Source: Zootoca vivipara
Lineage: Eukaryota
Reading direction: 5' to 3'
NCBI RefSeq assembly: GCF_963506605.1
Contig: NC_083285.1
Location: forward strand, 34,782,001 to 34,846,000
Length of the DNA stretch: 64,000 bases
Shown here: piece by piece, positions 1 to 11,076 of the stretch
Layout: the number at the start of each line of letters is the position of its first letter
Position numbering within the stretch: position 1 is the first letter of the stretch
Translations under genes and position numbers: made by a program
Notes under the pieces: generated by a model
Told to the model about the DNA's origin: nothing
Seen by the model: the letters and a program-made list of their open reading frames with translations, nothing else
Databases searched by the model: none

Positions 1-233
1 TTCTGTTGTGCAAGTGGAAGTCATTCTGTTTACATAATGATTGCATTGGATTCAATCCTCTGTTCTGGAAAATGTGCTATCACAAATGTCTGTATCTAGC
101 ATCCTTTGTCTAACAACTAATATGTCAATTAATGTTCCTGATCTTCTTCTATCCATAGTGAGTTTCTTGCCTTGAATTTTGCAATGGCTTCTTGCTCATA
201 GGGGTGGACTAACATTTCACCAGCTTTGAATGG

Positions 234-269
<36 letters not shown>
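234..269. repeat. (ATA)n microsatellite
   Basis: Perfect ATA run of about 12 units. Confidence 0.95.
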
Positions 270-799
270 GATGTATTTGAAGCTGTAGTCACAAAATGTT
301 CCTACTGAGTCTCAAAGATAAAAGGTATCTTTGTCAATCCACTCTTTGCATAGAAAAAGGAAATATTTTTCTTTTTAAGAAAAAAATGAAAAGAAGTTAA
401 AATTCTGTTCATTAAAATACAACAGCAGGACATCAATTGAGAATCAAGAGGATTTTTTCTCATACAAATGAAGCAATGTTGAACTTCTATGACATTCTGT
501 CAAGCTGATCATTAAGAGTTCTATTCATCTAAAATTCCTGGCTCCCTGGGTGTCTGCTCTGGGAGTTTCTCAATTTAGCATGCTGGAGCTGCATCAAAGT
601 TTAAACTTTAAAAAGTCTCTGGGGTCAGAAAGAGCTCTCCTAAGACATTGTCAAAAATGGAAAGGGTGGGTGAAGGTGTATATACGCTCACATTATTACT
701 CTTAAAAGGCTGCTCAAGCAAACTTTTTAACTGAGGACCCATAAACCCACAAGAGATCTCAATTAGAAAGTGGATCAGGTGTTCAGGCTGTCAATCTTT

Positions 800-970
800 G
801 TCAGGGCTGACATAAGGGCAGCACTCTGAGGTGAGTTGAAAGCCAAGGATTAAGAGCTGTGGGACAAAGCCAATAGTCAGGACCAAATAGCAAGTGAGGA
901 CCAGAGTAAGAATCTAGGAAACAAGATTGAAGAACAAGCCAGGAAGCAGGACTGAAGAACAAGCCAAATA
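800..970. mobile_element. Possible degraded LTR fragment (Gypsy-like)
   Basis: Starts TGTCAGGG, is purine-rich, and has an internal direct repeat GAAGAACAAGCCA. No matching 3' end or TSD found. Confidence 0.2.
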
Positions 971-1150
971 GTGATGGAAATTGAGGTGGTATACTGGCAT
1001 AAATTTCTTTTCTGCTGTTTTCATTGGGGAATCATGGGGAAACAGAAGCACACATGTGCAGAAAGAGTGAAAGATTAGAGACATTGTCCAATGATATTTG
1101 TAGTGTCACACCATGATTATTTAGCACCTCAAAGCCACGGTTCCATAACA

Positions 1151-1281
1151 AGGTTACCAGATTTTTTTCAATGAATTCTCAGACACTTTTCAACTTCCTA
1201 CTAAATAGATGGATGTTGTCAGGGGACTGATTTGTAAATCCGGGGACTTTCCCTGGGAAACGGGGACGTCTGGTAACCTTA
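1151..1281. mobile_element. hAT-type MITE (Tip100/Zaphod-like termini)
   Basis: TIRs AGGTTACCAGA...TCTGGTAACCT. Flanking 8-bp direct repeat CCATAACA at 1143-1150 and 1282-1289. Confidence 0.8.
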
Positions 1282-2189
1282 CCATAACACCTCATATCTT
1301 AGGAATTTGTCCGTACCCACCTACTGGCGTTTATTTACCAGAGCTAGATTAAATGTATTTCCATCAGAAGTTCTAAATGGTAGACTGAGAGGCATCCCTT
1401 ATCAGAATAGGCTTTGTTTATTTTCTCAGGACATCGATTGAATGAAGCATATCCTACTGTATAGTGGGCAGTATGAGAAAGCAAGGGATCAACTGGGATC
1501 AAACCCTGATTAGCAAATTTGCCAGAAAAATCTGAAGGAGGACAGGTCAAATGATATTACACTGACTGGCAAAGTTTCTTTCGGAGGTCACAAGAAACAA
1601 AGACCATCATGCTCTAGACATAACAAAATAACTACCTTGGTCTCTTTCTCCTGTTGTTTGGTTGTATTTTGTTTTGAAACTGTTTAGTGGGTCTATGGGC
1701 CACAATAAAGATATTTGATTATCGTAACACAACAGGTAATGATGTACGAAAGGAACATTAGAAAACAGAGCAGAAGCTCTAGTGTTGTATTCTAGAAAAC
1801 TAACACAATATTCCCCACATCTGCATATAGCCATTGGCTATTTGTTGAGGGCATTAAATGATGAAATCAAACCACAGGAATAGTCACTGTGTCCAAACAC
1901 CTATTATTTCATGCCAATTCTGCTTCTGATTTCCTCTGCAGTTATCAATGTAGTGAATTTTATTTCCCCCTTCATACCACCATTCTATGTGGGGCCTGGG
2001 ACTTGGAGGAGAACTTGTTTGTGTACCCTCTAAGGACTGTGAATTACACCCCACCCTCTTTGCAGAATAGGGGGGGCACAGAATAAATGTTTGGAAATAG
2101 GTAAACATTATGTGAATACTTTTCAAACTACATGATTTGAAGAAGGAACACGATTTAGCTTTTTTGAGGGGGAGGGGAGACACATTATT

Positions 2190-2460
2190 TAGACTGCCTG
2201 GCGACAGAAGTGAGCACTGAAATGCCTAGTGCCTTGTTGTTCCCCTCAGTCATGCAATAGGACCCATAATGAAGCCCATATATTTCCCTTCTCGAGGCAG
2301 AGCAACAATTTTGTTTATCTCTGCTGCCCCCCCCACCCTCTGAGTCAACGTGAACAGTACCCATGTCTGCCTCTTGAGACAGAAAATCAATTTCTCCAGC
2401 AGTAAATATACAGAAATAGCAAATTAAATAAGTAACAATTTGCTGCCCTCTCAGGAACAC
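2190..2460. promoter_or_regulatory. Candidate conserved non-coding element / enhancer
   Basis: Repeat-free, with an inverted SOX-like pair AACAATTTTGTT, TAAT cores and retained CpGs. Conservation not tested. Confidence 0.3.
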
Positions 2461-2739
2461 AAAATAAACTGCTGGTTATGGTTGCCTCACTCTACCTAAC
2501 AGTAGGGCTGGCACTGCTACTACCCCTTTGTCAGCCTTCCTAATTTTCTTTAACCATTCCTCAAGAGGACATTCTATTAACTAACAAAATCATCCCTGAA
2601 AATGTGGCAAATAAATAAATAAAACGAAGCCTAGCTACAAGAAAGAGAAATTAGCAATAAAAATGTGCATCTTCCCTTTTTTTTAGTTGGCATGACTACC
2701 CCCAGACTCATTCAAAAACAAATCCAAGGAAACTTTTCT

Positions 2740-2990
2740 TCATTCTGTCACTGTGAGTGAAGAATGCAACCTCCTACAAAATGAGGTAATTTGTGCTTAA
2801 TTTAGTTGTGTACACATTTATCAACATGGCAGTCTTTGGTGTGCAAGGTGAGACTGCATGATGCGTGTGCTTTGTTTTGCAAAGCTAGAGGCCATTGCCA
2901 CAAAATTGAATTAACTTCTAATTTACGCTTGTCAATAAGACCAGTGATGCATAATAGTAATTAATATAGAAACTCCTCCTCATTATCACA
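2740..2990. promoter_or_regulatory. Candidate conserved non-coding element / enhancer
   Basis: Repeat-free and dense in TAATT, TGTCA and CTTTGT motifs. Conservation not tested. Confidence 0.3.
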
Positions 2991-3321
2991 AAACAAATAA
3001 ACAAATAAAAATGTTAGGATTTTTTTCCCCTTTAATTACTCTGGGTTCCATGGTAATGGTATAAGAAAATATCAATGGTAAATCATGTTGAGCAATAACC
3101 ATTCAATTTTTTTTTTTTAGTGAACAATTGCATCTTAGTATTTCTATCAGTCGACTAGTCAATGATCCACATTTAATCCTTACCAGATAATCATGCAGAG
3201 CTGGAGTCAAGAGTTTCTGGAGGACACCACATAAGCTATCCCTGCTACAAACATTTATTTAGGAGCAAGTCCAATGGTACTCAATGGAGTTTATTTCAGA
3301 GGAGACATGCATAGAATTGCA

Positions 3322-3380
3322 CTGTTGTTGTTGTGATGATGATGATGATGATGACGACGACAACAACAATGATGATGATG
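3322..3380. repeat. Compound trinucleotide microsatellite (GTT/GAT/GAC/AAC)
   Basis: Read directly from the sequence; it explains the poly-Asp ORF at 3284-3517. Confidence 0.9.
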
Positions 3381-3399
3381 TGGATTATGTGGGGGGGGA

Positions 3400-3640
3400 G
3401 GATGTTAGGCGAGTGGTAGTATGTCTGGTGGGGGACACATTGTGCTTCTTCTGGCGTGATCTCTACTTGCACTCGGCTCTCACCTGTAGCTCCGAATCAG
3501 CAGTGGCCACACCCTAGAAAACGACTTTGACTGGCTGGCTGAACCAGGTAAGGGTAGCCAAAGTGTCTCAAATCCTCAGTGAGTTAGGGCCTTTACCTGC
3601 ATACAAAGACAGGCTCTGGATCAATCAGATTTTAGTCTGC
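3400..3640 (+). mobile_element. 5' UTR fragment of an RTE-clade non-LTR retrotransposon
   Basis: Motifs GGCTCTCACCTG..GCTCC, GGCCACACCC and GGCTGAACCAGGTAAGGGTAGCC resemble recalled vertebrate RTE 5' ends. No ORF is retained. Confidence 0.55.
3451..3559 (+). ncRNA. Degenerate HDV-like self-cleaving ribozyme relic
   Basis: Interleaved P1 (about 3451-3457 with 3509-3515) and P2 (3476-3486 with 3545-3555, 10 of 11 pairs), P3/L3 AGC-TCC...GCC, a weak P4, and J4/2 GCTGAA. Confidence 0.5.
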
Positions 3641-3681
3641 AAATTGACTTTTCCCAGCACATCCCCAGTCTGCCATTCTCC

Positions 3682-3684
<3 letters not shown>

Positions 3685-3736
<52 letters not shown>
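3685..3736. repeat. (TC)n(AC)n compound microsatellite
   Basis: Read directly from the sequence. Confidence 0.95.
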
Positions 3737-6366
3737 TTTTTAAACCTTACTTGCCATCTGTAGGACAAGGGCCCCAGATACTTCCCAACAGTGGGGATTG
3801 GGAATCCAACACCGGGCCATTGTTGTCTCTCCATACTCAAAGAAAGACACCTGAAGCTTCCTGTAGCCCCTACTGGGACACTTCTTTAAGAATCATATGA
3901 ATTTTCTTCTTAACAGGGTTATAGTCACATTCCCAGATGCATTTAATTCTGTGTCACATTCCCAAATGTATTTAATACTTTCCTGATGAAGATTTATTGC
4001 TCTTAATGCAACACAATCAATGCAATGCAAAAGAGCCTGATACTTGCATCTTCTTACACTGCATTTGGAAAAAGAATGTCCTGTAACACAGCATTCATAT
4101 TATTCCCTCCTGTTATTTATGATCCTGCAGCCGACATAAATAATGCATATGGAAAAAGATATGTCCAAATGATCTAAATAGCAGGAGATAAAAACACGAT
4201 ATAGTGCCCTATAGCTTATCACCTGACACATATGAAAACACTCTGGCAGAAGCACAATGTTTTTGTGGAAGATTCCTTCTGTTATAAGCACTTTTAATTT
4301 TCTGTTCTCAAATTGCTTTAAGACTATCAAGATTCAGTTGTAGAAGATGAGCTACCCCCTTCATTTTTAAAAAAGAAAGAAAGGAAAACAGTTTGTCTTG
4401 TCCTAAAAGCCGATTGTGTGTGTTGCTTGAAGCTGCTAAAGCTTTGAGTTGTATTTTATTCTGAAGAAAGATACTCTACAGTCATACTAATGTTCATGGA
4501 CCAAAAAGCACAAAAGGTCAAGGATAAAACACAGGTAATTGCTCATATACAGGTAGGAGCAAGTGAAAGTATAATTATATTTCCTCATCCTTGTGTGCAG
4601 CTAACGGGGCTATTCTGTATATTTATAGAATGGAGATTCACAGAATAATTTACATGATAAGGTCTTGCACTACTGGAGAAGTTATTAAAGAACCTCATAA
4701 ACTTCCCCTCTGAAAGATATATGGAGCAGTCTATCTTTGATAAAGAGTTGCTGGGATTGAATTATCTGCATGCATTCTAGATCCTTGATCTTTGGACAAC
4801 CTGCTAGTTGTAATGTGCAGCTAATATTTCTTCCAACTCACTCCACACTGCAAGTTGTTAAATTGGAGACATATTGCCTACTGACAGGTTTTGAATAGCT
4901 TGTAAAAATTATAGAAATCCTTGTACAAATCTTTGGGAAATTATGTCGTGGAGAAAGCAGAACTATTGACTGTGCCAGTTCTATAGATTTATGAAATAGC
5001 AGATTTGATCTTTAGATTCTTAATCAAAGCATGGTGGGGGGTGGGGGGGGGGAAAGGTGCCCTTTAATCATATGATATTTCAAATTCAGCCCTTCACAGC
5101 TACTGAAAGGGATATGATTGGTGCATATTAATTGCTTCTCTGCTAATTTCCAGACCTTGAACTCATTTGTATGATAAAATGTGTAATAATTTTAAATTTC
5201 TTTCAGATGGATTACAAAAATGTAAATGAAGAACAGCATAGGAGAAGGAATAAAAATTGCAGCTTTAGACTTCTACATTTCAAATTTATGATAATTTTTT
5301 AATGTTGGTGTTAAATACATAATCATATACATTTGGAAAGTGCTAAAATATACATCATTATGAAAAGCAATGCAAAACATGACAAATGTGTAGCATATTG
5401 TGCCTGGTTGTTTATAAAATAAGCCTGTGAAAATACTAATTGAAATCTAGCAGATGAAACAGCATGTTCTAAATTATGTTCAGTTGTTGGAAAGGGCTTG
5501 TTCTTGGAGATGATATTTGCTGGAATACTGGAGCTTTTTGATATTTCAAAATGGACCTGCTTTGATTCAGACTATGCTAGGTTTGATTAGCCATCTGCTA
5601 AGGTTGGGGGATCATATTTATAAAGTTCCTCTTGGGGGAAAGAAAAACTAAACCCAGTGACCCATAAAACCTTAGAAATGTAGAGGTGGAATAAGCCCTT
5701 GAAACCAATCCAATGCCCTGCACTAGAGAGAACTAAGGCATGGAACTGGTGGAACCTCCTTGCTTTGGTGAGTGAATGAAGTGATAACAAGGCTTTAATG
5801 TTTGTTTGTGACAGATTAGCATAGGGGAAGTCAGAGGATATGCAAAAGAAATCAGGAGGAGGCTAGCTCCTTCTTTGCTTTTGCTTGATGGAGTTCCTGA
5901 GTTAGCAGTTTAAATGGAAACATTCCTTTCCAAGATGGTTTTCCTTTCTAGTTAAAATCTTAAAGGTTGCGTTTCAACTGGCTGAAGTTGCACTTTTCTG
6001 GGCTGTGTAAGAATTAGAACTATGAAATCAGAAGCAAGCACCTCAAAGTTCAATGAGCTAAACTCACTGGAAACTACATGGGATTCTGGAGTGATGTTGA
6101 TCCTAGTAAACTGGGTGCTTTGTAGGTGTATGCCTGTAGTACCAGGTTAACACAGCTGCTTGTATTTTTGGAATTCCACAAGTGGTGAGCCACCGCAGAA
6201 AAAGCCCGTTCTTGCATTGCCACCCTCCAGACCTCTCACAGGGGAGACACAGAAAAAAGGGGCCTCAGAGGATGATTGCAGGGTCTGGATCAGTTTATAT
6301 GGGGAGAGGCAGTCCTTAAGGTATAGTAGCCCTAGCCATTTAAGGCTTTATAAGTCAAAACAAGTA

Positions 6367-6580
6367 CAGTGGTACCTCAGGTTACAAACGCTTCAGGTTA
6401 CAAACTCTGCTAACCCAGAAATAGTACCTCGGGTTAAGAACTTTGCTTCAGGATGAGAACAGAAATCGTGCTCCGGTGGCACGGCAGCAGCAGGAGGCCC
6501 CATTACCTCAGGTTAAGAACAGTTTCAGGTTAAGAACGGACCTCTGGAACGAATTAAGTTCTTAACCAGAGGTACCACTG
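6367..6580. mobile_element. Tc1/mariner-superfamily (pogo/Tigger-like) MITE
   Basis: TIRs CAGTGGTACCTC...GAGGTACCACTG. TA TSD at 6365-6366 and 6581-6582. Repeated GGTTAAGAAC motifs. Confidence 0.9.
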
Positions 6581-6644
6581 TACTTTGAATTGGGCCCGAA
6601 AACTAATTGGCAGCCAGTGCAATAGGGGCAGGATGAGTGCAGCA

Positions 6645-6736
6645 CATAGCTGTCAAGTTCTCCCTTTTAAAAAAAGGGAAATTCCCTTATGCCGAATAGG
6701 ATTCCTCGCAAGAAAAGGGAAAACTTGACAGCTATG
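6645..6736. mobile_element. 92-bp hAT MITE
   Basis: TIRs CATAGCTGTCAAGTT...AACTTGACAGCTATG. 8-bp TSD GTGCAGCA/GTGTAGCA. Second copy at 40443. Confidence 0.9.
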
Positions 6737-7484
6737 GTGTAGCATGCTCAAATCATCTTGCCCCAGTGAGCAACCTAGCTGCCAAATTCTGCCAACTTCA
6801 GCTGAAGTTTCTAAACTGTCTTGAGAGGCAACCCTCTCATATAACATGTTGCAGTAATCTAACCTAGAGGTTACCAGAGCATACCAGAGAGAAGTTGGGC
6901 TATTGCTATCCCAACTGGGGCTCAGCTGCACCACCAGCTAAAGCTGATGGAAGTTGCTCTGCTCCACTGAAGCCACCTGAGGCTTAAGTGACAGCAGTGG
7001 ATGCAGAAGTACCTCCAAGCTGCGTACCTGCTCCTTCAGAGGGAGTGTAAGCCGTCAAGAGCTGTGTTTCATCAGCATCTTGCTGACAATGTATTCCAAA
7101 AGTCTGGTGACCCCACTCAGCAGTTTCATGTAGATGTTAAACAGCATGGAGGATAAAATTGAACCCTGAAGAACCCCACGTTGAAGGCTCAATGGGACCG
7201 AAGAGCACTCTCACTACATGTGGGTGTATAGAATATAGCAGAGTTAAACGATTCCTTGTTTGAGTTTACACAGCAGCAAGTGGATTGCTAACTCGTTTGA
7301 GTCCTTTTAATAAATTATGCCTTCTACCTTTCTGCCTTCTTGCCTTCCTGGTTGATAATCCCTTTTGTCCCTCTTAAAGAAAAATGCACATGAATCTGAA
7401 CGATAAGAACATAAACTACTTTACTGTCAGATTCATTGAATACATACTTAGGTTACATAGCATATAAACTATATACTAGATATT

Positions 7485-7823
7485 AAGGTAAAGGGGCCCC
7501 TGACCATTAGGTCCAGTCGTGACCGACTCTGGGGTTGCACGCTCATCTCGCATTATTGGCCGAGGGAGCCGGCGTATAGCTTCCAGGTCATGTGGCCAGC
7601 ATGACAAAGCCACTTCTGGCAAACCAGAGCAGCACATGGAAACGCCGTTTACCTTCCCGCTGTAGCGGTTCCTATTTATCTACTTGCATTTTGATGTGTT
7701 TTCGAACTGCTAGGTTGGCAGGAGCTGGGACCAAGCAACGGGAGCTCACCCCGTCACAGGGATTCGAACCGCCAACCTTCTGATCAGCAAGCCCTAGGCT
7801 CAGTGGTTTAACCACAGCGCCAC
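7485..7823 (-). mobile_element. Sauria SINE (young subfamily)
   Basis: The reverse strand has tRNA-type A box TGGCGCTGTGG, B box GGTTCGAATCC and a CCTTTACCTT tail. Near-identical to the copies at 14351 and 22177. Confidence 0.93.
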
Positions 7824-8401
7824 ATTAGTGAGTCCTAAAAAGACTCCATCAGAGCATTAACTGCTTAACACTCCTATCAGCAGCAGACCAACCAACCAAC
7901 TGACAAAAACTGACTGTCACATAGAAGCAGTTAGTCCTCTCTTAGAATGTTGGATTTGACTGACATATCCCCCAGTGGGGGGCTGGCATGAGGTGAGGTG
8001 GGGCAGCCAGAAACAAAGATCTGCTTAGGGAAATCCCAGGGCTTTGTGGGAACCAGGTGTTTGTCTGATTCCAACATCTGACTACCACACACTTTAATTA
8101 CTTTTGAGCCTCCTTCCTTTTTCCAGAGTGCTTTGCCCTTGGTATGCAAAACCTGTTGCTCAGTTCTTTGGATCCTGGAACATGACATGGGTGAAGAAAT
8201 GTTACATATTAGAAAGGGAATTGCTCATGACTGAGTCTCAGAGTATGCCTTCAGGGAGATTTTTCAGGAGCTTTGATACATTGATTCATCATATTAGTTC
8301 CTGGTGAACCACAGAGCAACTATATCTATATACTAATCTCCCAGTTGTGACACCGACCACACAAAGAAATATCCAACTCACTGTCAGTCATAATATCTCT
8401 C

Positions 8402-8453
8402 TCCTTCCTTCCTTCCTTCCTTCCTTCCTTCCTTCCTTCCTTCCTTCCTTCCT
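8402..8453. repeat. (CCTT)n microsatellite
   Basis: Read directly from the sequence. Confidence 0.95.
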
Positions 8454-9368
8454 TTTTTTTTTAGTTACTGCTTCTCATACTTCTTTTTAGCACTGAAGTA
8501 ACCAAGCAACAGCAAGAGTCCCAGTCAGCATTTCAAGTATGCCTAGGTAAGGCTGTCATGATATTTACTACTTCTTTTTTTCCTAGATACTCAAGTTCCA
8601 CCTTCTTCTCAGGTCATCACCCAGGCCAGAAGAGACTCTTCAGTTGGTTGGCTTTGATACAGAATTGTGAGGTTTGCATGAGAGGGCTGGTGGGAAGGAA
8701 TGTTTGTTTTATTTTCATTTATTTTCATTCTGTTGCCCTGACAACTGTGGATGGCACCACAGAGATAAAATAAACCAGACTCGACAATGCGACAAATACA
8801 AAAACATCATTAAACTATAAACACTTATTTATTTTCACATTTATTTTTGGCCCTGTTTTACCTTGCCCTTTCTTAATTTGATGGATGCTGTACAAAATTT
8901 AAAAATAATTAAGCTGCATTTGGTGTTAAGAGATGTTTTTAAAGTGTTAGTTTTTTGTCTTTTATGCTGATTTATCTATCTTTAGTAGAAAAAAATATTT
9001 TGAGAGAGAGTGTGAGAGATAGAACAAAGACCTATTAAGTCAACTGAAACAGGATAGTTGATGCAGGAGCAGGGAACTGAGATACTGTAGCTCCCACCAG
9101 CCCTTTCCTGACCTCCATATATGAATCTAGCAATTTTGTAGAGAACCTGAAATAAAACTGCACACACACACATGCACACACCCTTGAATCCTGCAAAATG
9201 TACAGTCCCCGGTTGAATGGAGAAAGCCTGTGCTCAGATAGTTTCACATGCAAAGGTTCTGTAGGGGGGAGGGATCAATGTGCAGAGGACAGACATAAGA
9301 CCCACAGTTGCTATCTCACCTTTCCCCCTGCAGTTATTCTGTATCCCTTGAGTTGCAGCAAATCCCTT

Positions 9369-9478
9369 GGGTTGTAGCCATGCTCAGAATAGACCCATTG
9401 AAATTAATGTATGTGCCTATTTAGGTCAATTAATTTCAGAGGGTCTACTCTCAGGGTCTTCTTAGTTGAATACAGCCC
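9369..9478. mobile_element. Palindromic MITE (possibly PIF/Harbinger-like)
   Basis: Imperfect inverted repeat AGAATAGACCCATTGAAATTAAT...ATTAATTTCAGAGGGTCTACTCT, with termini GGGTTGTA...TACAGCCC. Confidence 0.6.
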
Positions 9479-9546
9479 CTTGTTTTGGTCAATTGGACAG
9501 GGAGCTAGAAAAAAAAGCAACGTACACCATTTTCAATTAATAGTTC

Positions 9547-9973
9547 TGTGAGGGACAAGGGATATCGCGAAGTCCCTCCCATCTTGAGGTCCAGCCCATC
9601 CCCGAGCATGGGGGAAAGCAGGGAGAGTTCCGACTCAAGTGGAGAAGCAGGAAGTGGTGTCCGAGGCTCAGGCAAGGTAGCGGAGCCAGCGTCCCAGGTG
9701 GGACAGGAAGGGGAAAGCAAAGGGGGTAGACCGATCCCCCCAACTCCGGAATTGCGCAGGAAGCGTCGGGGGAAGAGGCTGGGTCTCCCCAAGTTGTTAT
9801 GTTGGAGAAAGACGCGCCAAACGCCATTCGGAGGTTCTGACTCAAGCGGTTAAGATGTGTCTCTGTAAATAGCACTGCCTTTAGCACTGTAAATACGCAG
9901 CACCAAATAAAAGATAAAATGCAGAGAGGTGTGGCGTCGTTACTCTGAAGTAGCCCATCAACCCCCTGTGACA
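9547..9973 (+). mobile_element. Solo LTR (427 bp), probably from a Gypsy-type retrotransposon
   Basis: TGT...ACA termini. Perfect 5-bp TSD AGTTC at 9542-9546 and 9974-9978. AATAAA near 9906. GC- and CpG-rich relative to the flanks. Confidence 0.88.
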
Positions 9974-10755
9974 AGTTCATTTCCCCCCTTTCTATAGTTA
10001 TTCTAAACCTGTGAGTTGAATTTACTCCTACTGCTAAGCAGGGGTGGACTTCTGAGCAATTTTAGATGCCGGTAAGCCACTCCACCAATTGCTATGGATA
10101 AAATATGGAGAGAATTATATTATGAAAAATATCATGAGTATCACTATTAGACAAATAGATAATACGATAGTAAAACAGCATTTTTCATCTCACCATGACT
10201 TTGGTGTTCACTGTGTACATAGATTTCAACTTGCATCAGCACTTAAGCAGCTCCATCTTGTAGGAAATACAAAATTGATATCACTGCAAAGATCTTTAAC
10301 CTAGTAATGATGTCTATTATTAACAAATGTTATTTCCAAGACCAAAAAAGAAACAGAAAAAAGAAACAGTATTTCACTATATTGGTATATTCAAATCAGA
10401 ATATTTCCCTATTTACAGAGGAGGAAATAAAATATTCTGAGAAAAGCAAAAAAATAAAAATAAATGGGAAGTATCTTACAGCCTCTGGAGATAATGCTTG
10501 GGTTTTATTTTTTTAGATTTAGGATACAATTCTTCCCTCATTAGGGGTTTGAGGGGATGGCATAAATTTGCTGCTCTGCCAGCAGAGACAGAAGTACATA
10601 ATACAAAAGTGCTTTAATGTGGCCATGTATATATTTCCAACAAGTTACGTCAAAACCAAAGTTGTGTCATTTGGAGAGAACCCTCTTTAACACAAACAAT
10701 GGGGTGGGCGGAGCTATGTTAGGACAGGTTCAGCCTGAGATTTCTGTTCAATGGC

Positions 10756-11076
10756 TATAAGAAGAGTCCTGGTGAATCATACCAAAGGCTTGTCTAGTTC
10801 AATATTCTGCTCTCACAGTTTCCAACCAGATGCAGAGGGGAAGCTTGCAAGCAGGGCAGGAACACAACAGCACTGCTCTATGACCCCCAGCAACCAGCAT
10901 TCAAAGGCATACTGTCCCTGCAACTGAAGGTAACACAGCCGCCACGAGTTTTAGCCACTCAAAGTGCCTCACTATGAATTTGTCTAATGACCTTTAAAAG
11001 CCTTCCCAGTTGGTGGTCATCATTATATCTTCTGCTGGCGAATTTCACAGTTTAATTATGCACTGTGTGAAGAAAA
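10756..11076 (-). mobile_element. CR1 LINE 3' fragment
   Basis: Similar to the CR1 3' segment at 27925-28210 (GAATTTGTCTAAT, ...TGTGTGAAGAA). Confidence 0.7.

Larger units (their letters stand above)
6180..7215 (-). mobile_element. L2 LINE fragment (old subfamily) interrupted by two MITEs
   Basis: Minus-strand remnant ALVTSRLDYCNMLY is typical of the L2 ORF2 C-terminal region. The sequence resumes across both inserts. Confidence 0.85.

Noticed and set aside
3284-3517. Poly-Asp ORF, and similar poly-Ile/Tyr ORFs at 18094, 32198 and 56556
   Set aside because: These are translations of microsatellites.
3983-4010. Hammerhead ribozyme cores (CTGATGA at 3983, 25071, 40961, 56353)
   Set aside because: None has a properly placed stem II plus GAAA with flanking helices, and two lie in a MITE or L2.
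7592-7783. Recurrent MASMTKPLLANQSS peptide, suggesting a gene family
   Set aside because: It is an antisense translation of Sauria SINE copies.
9505-9980. Overlapping ORFs of 95-147 aa on both strands
   Set aside because: They coincide with the GC-rich solo LTR, where stop codons are depleted, and show no protein-family motif.
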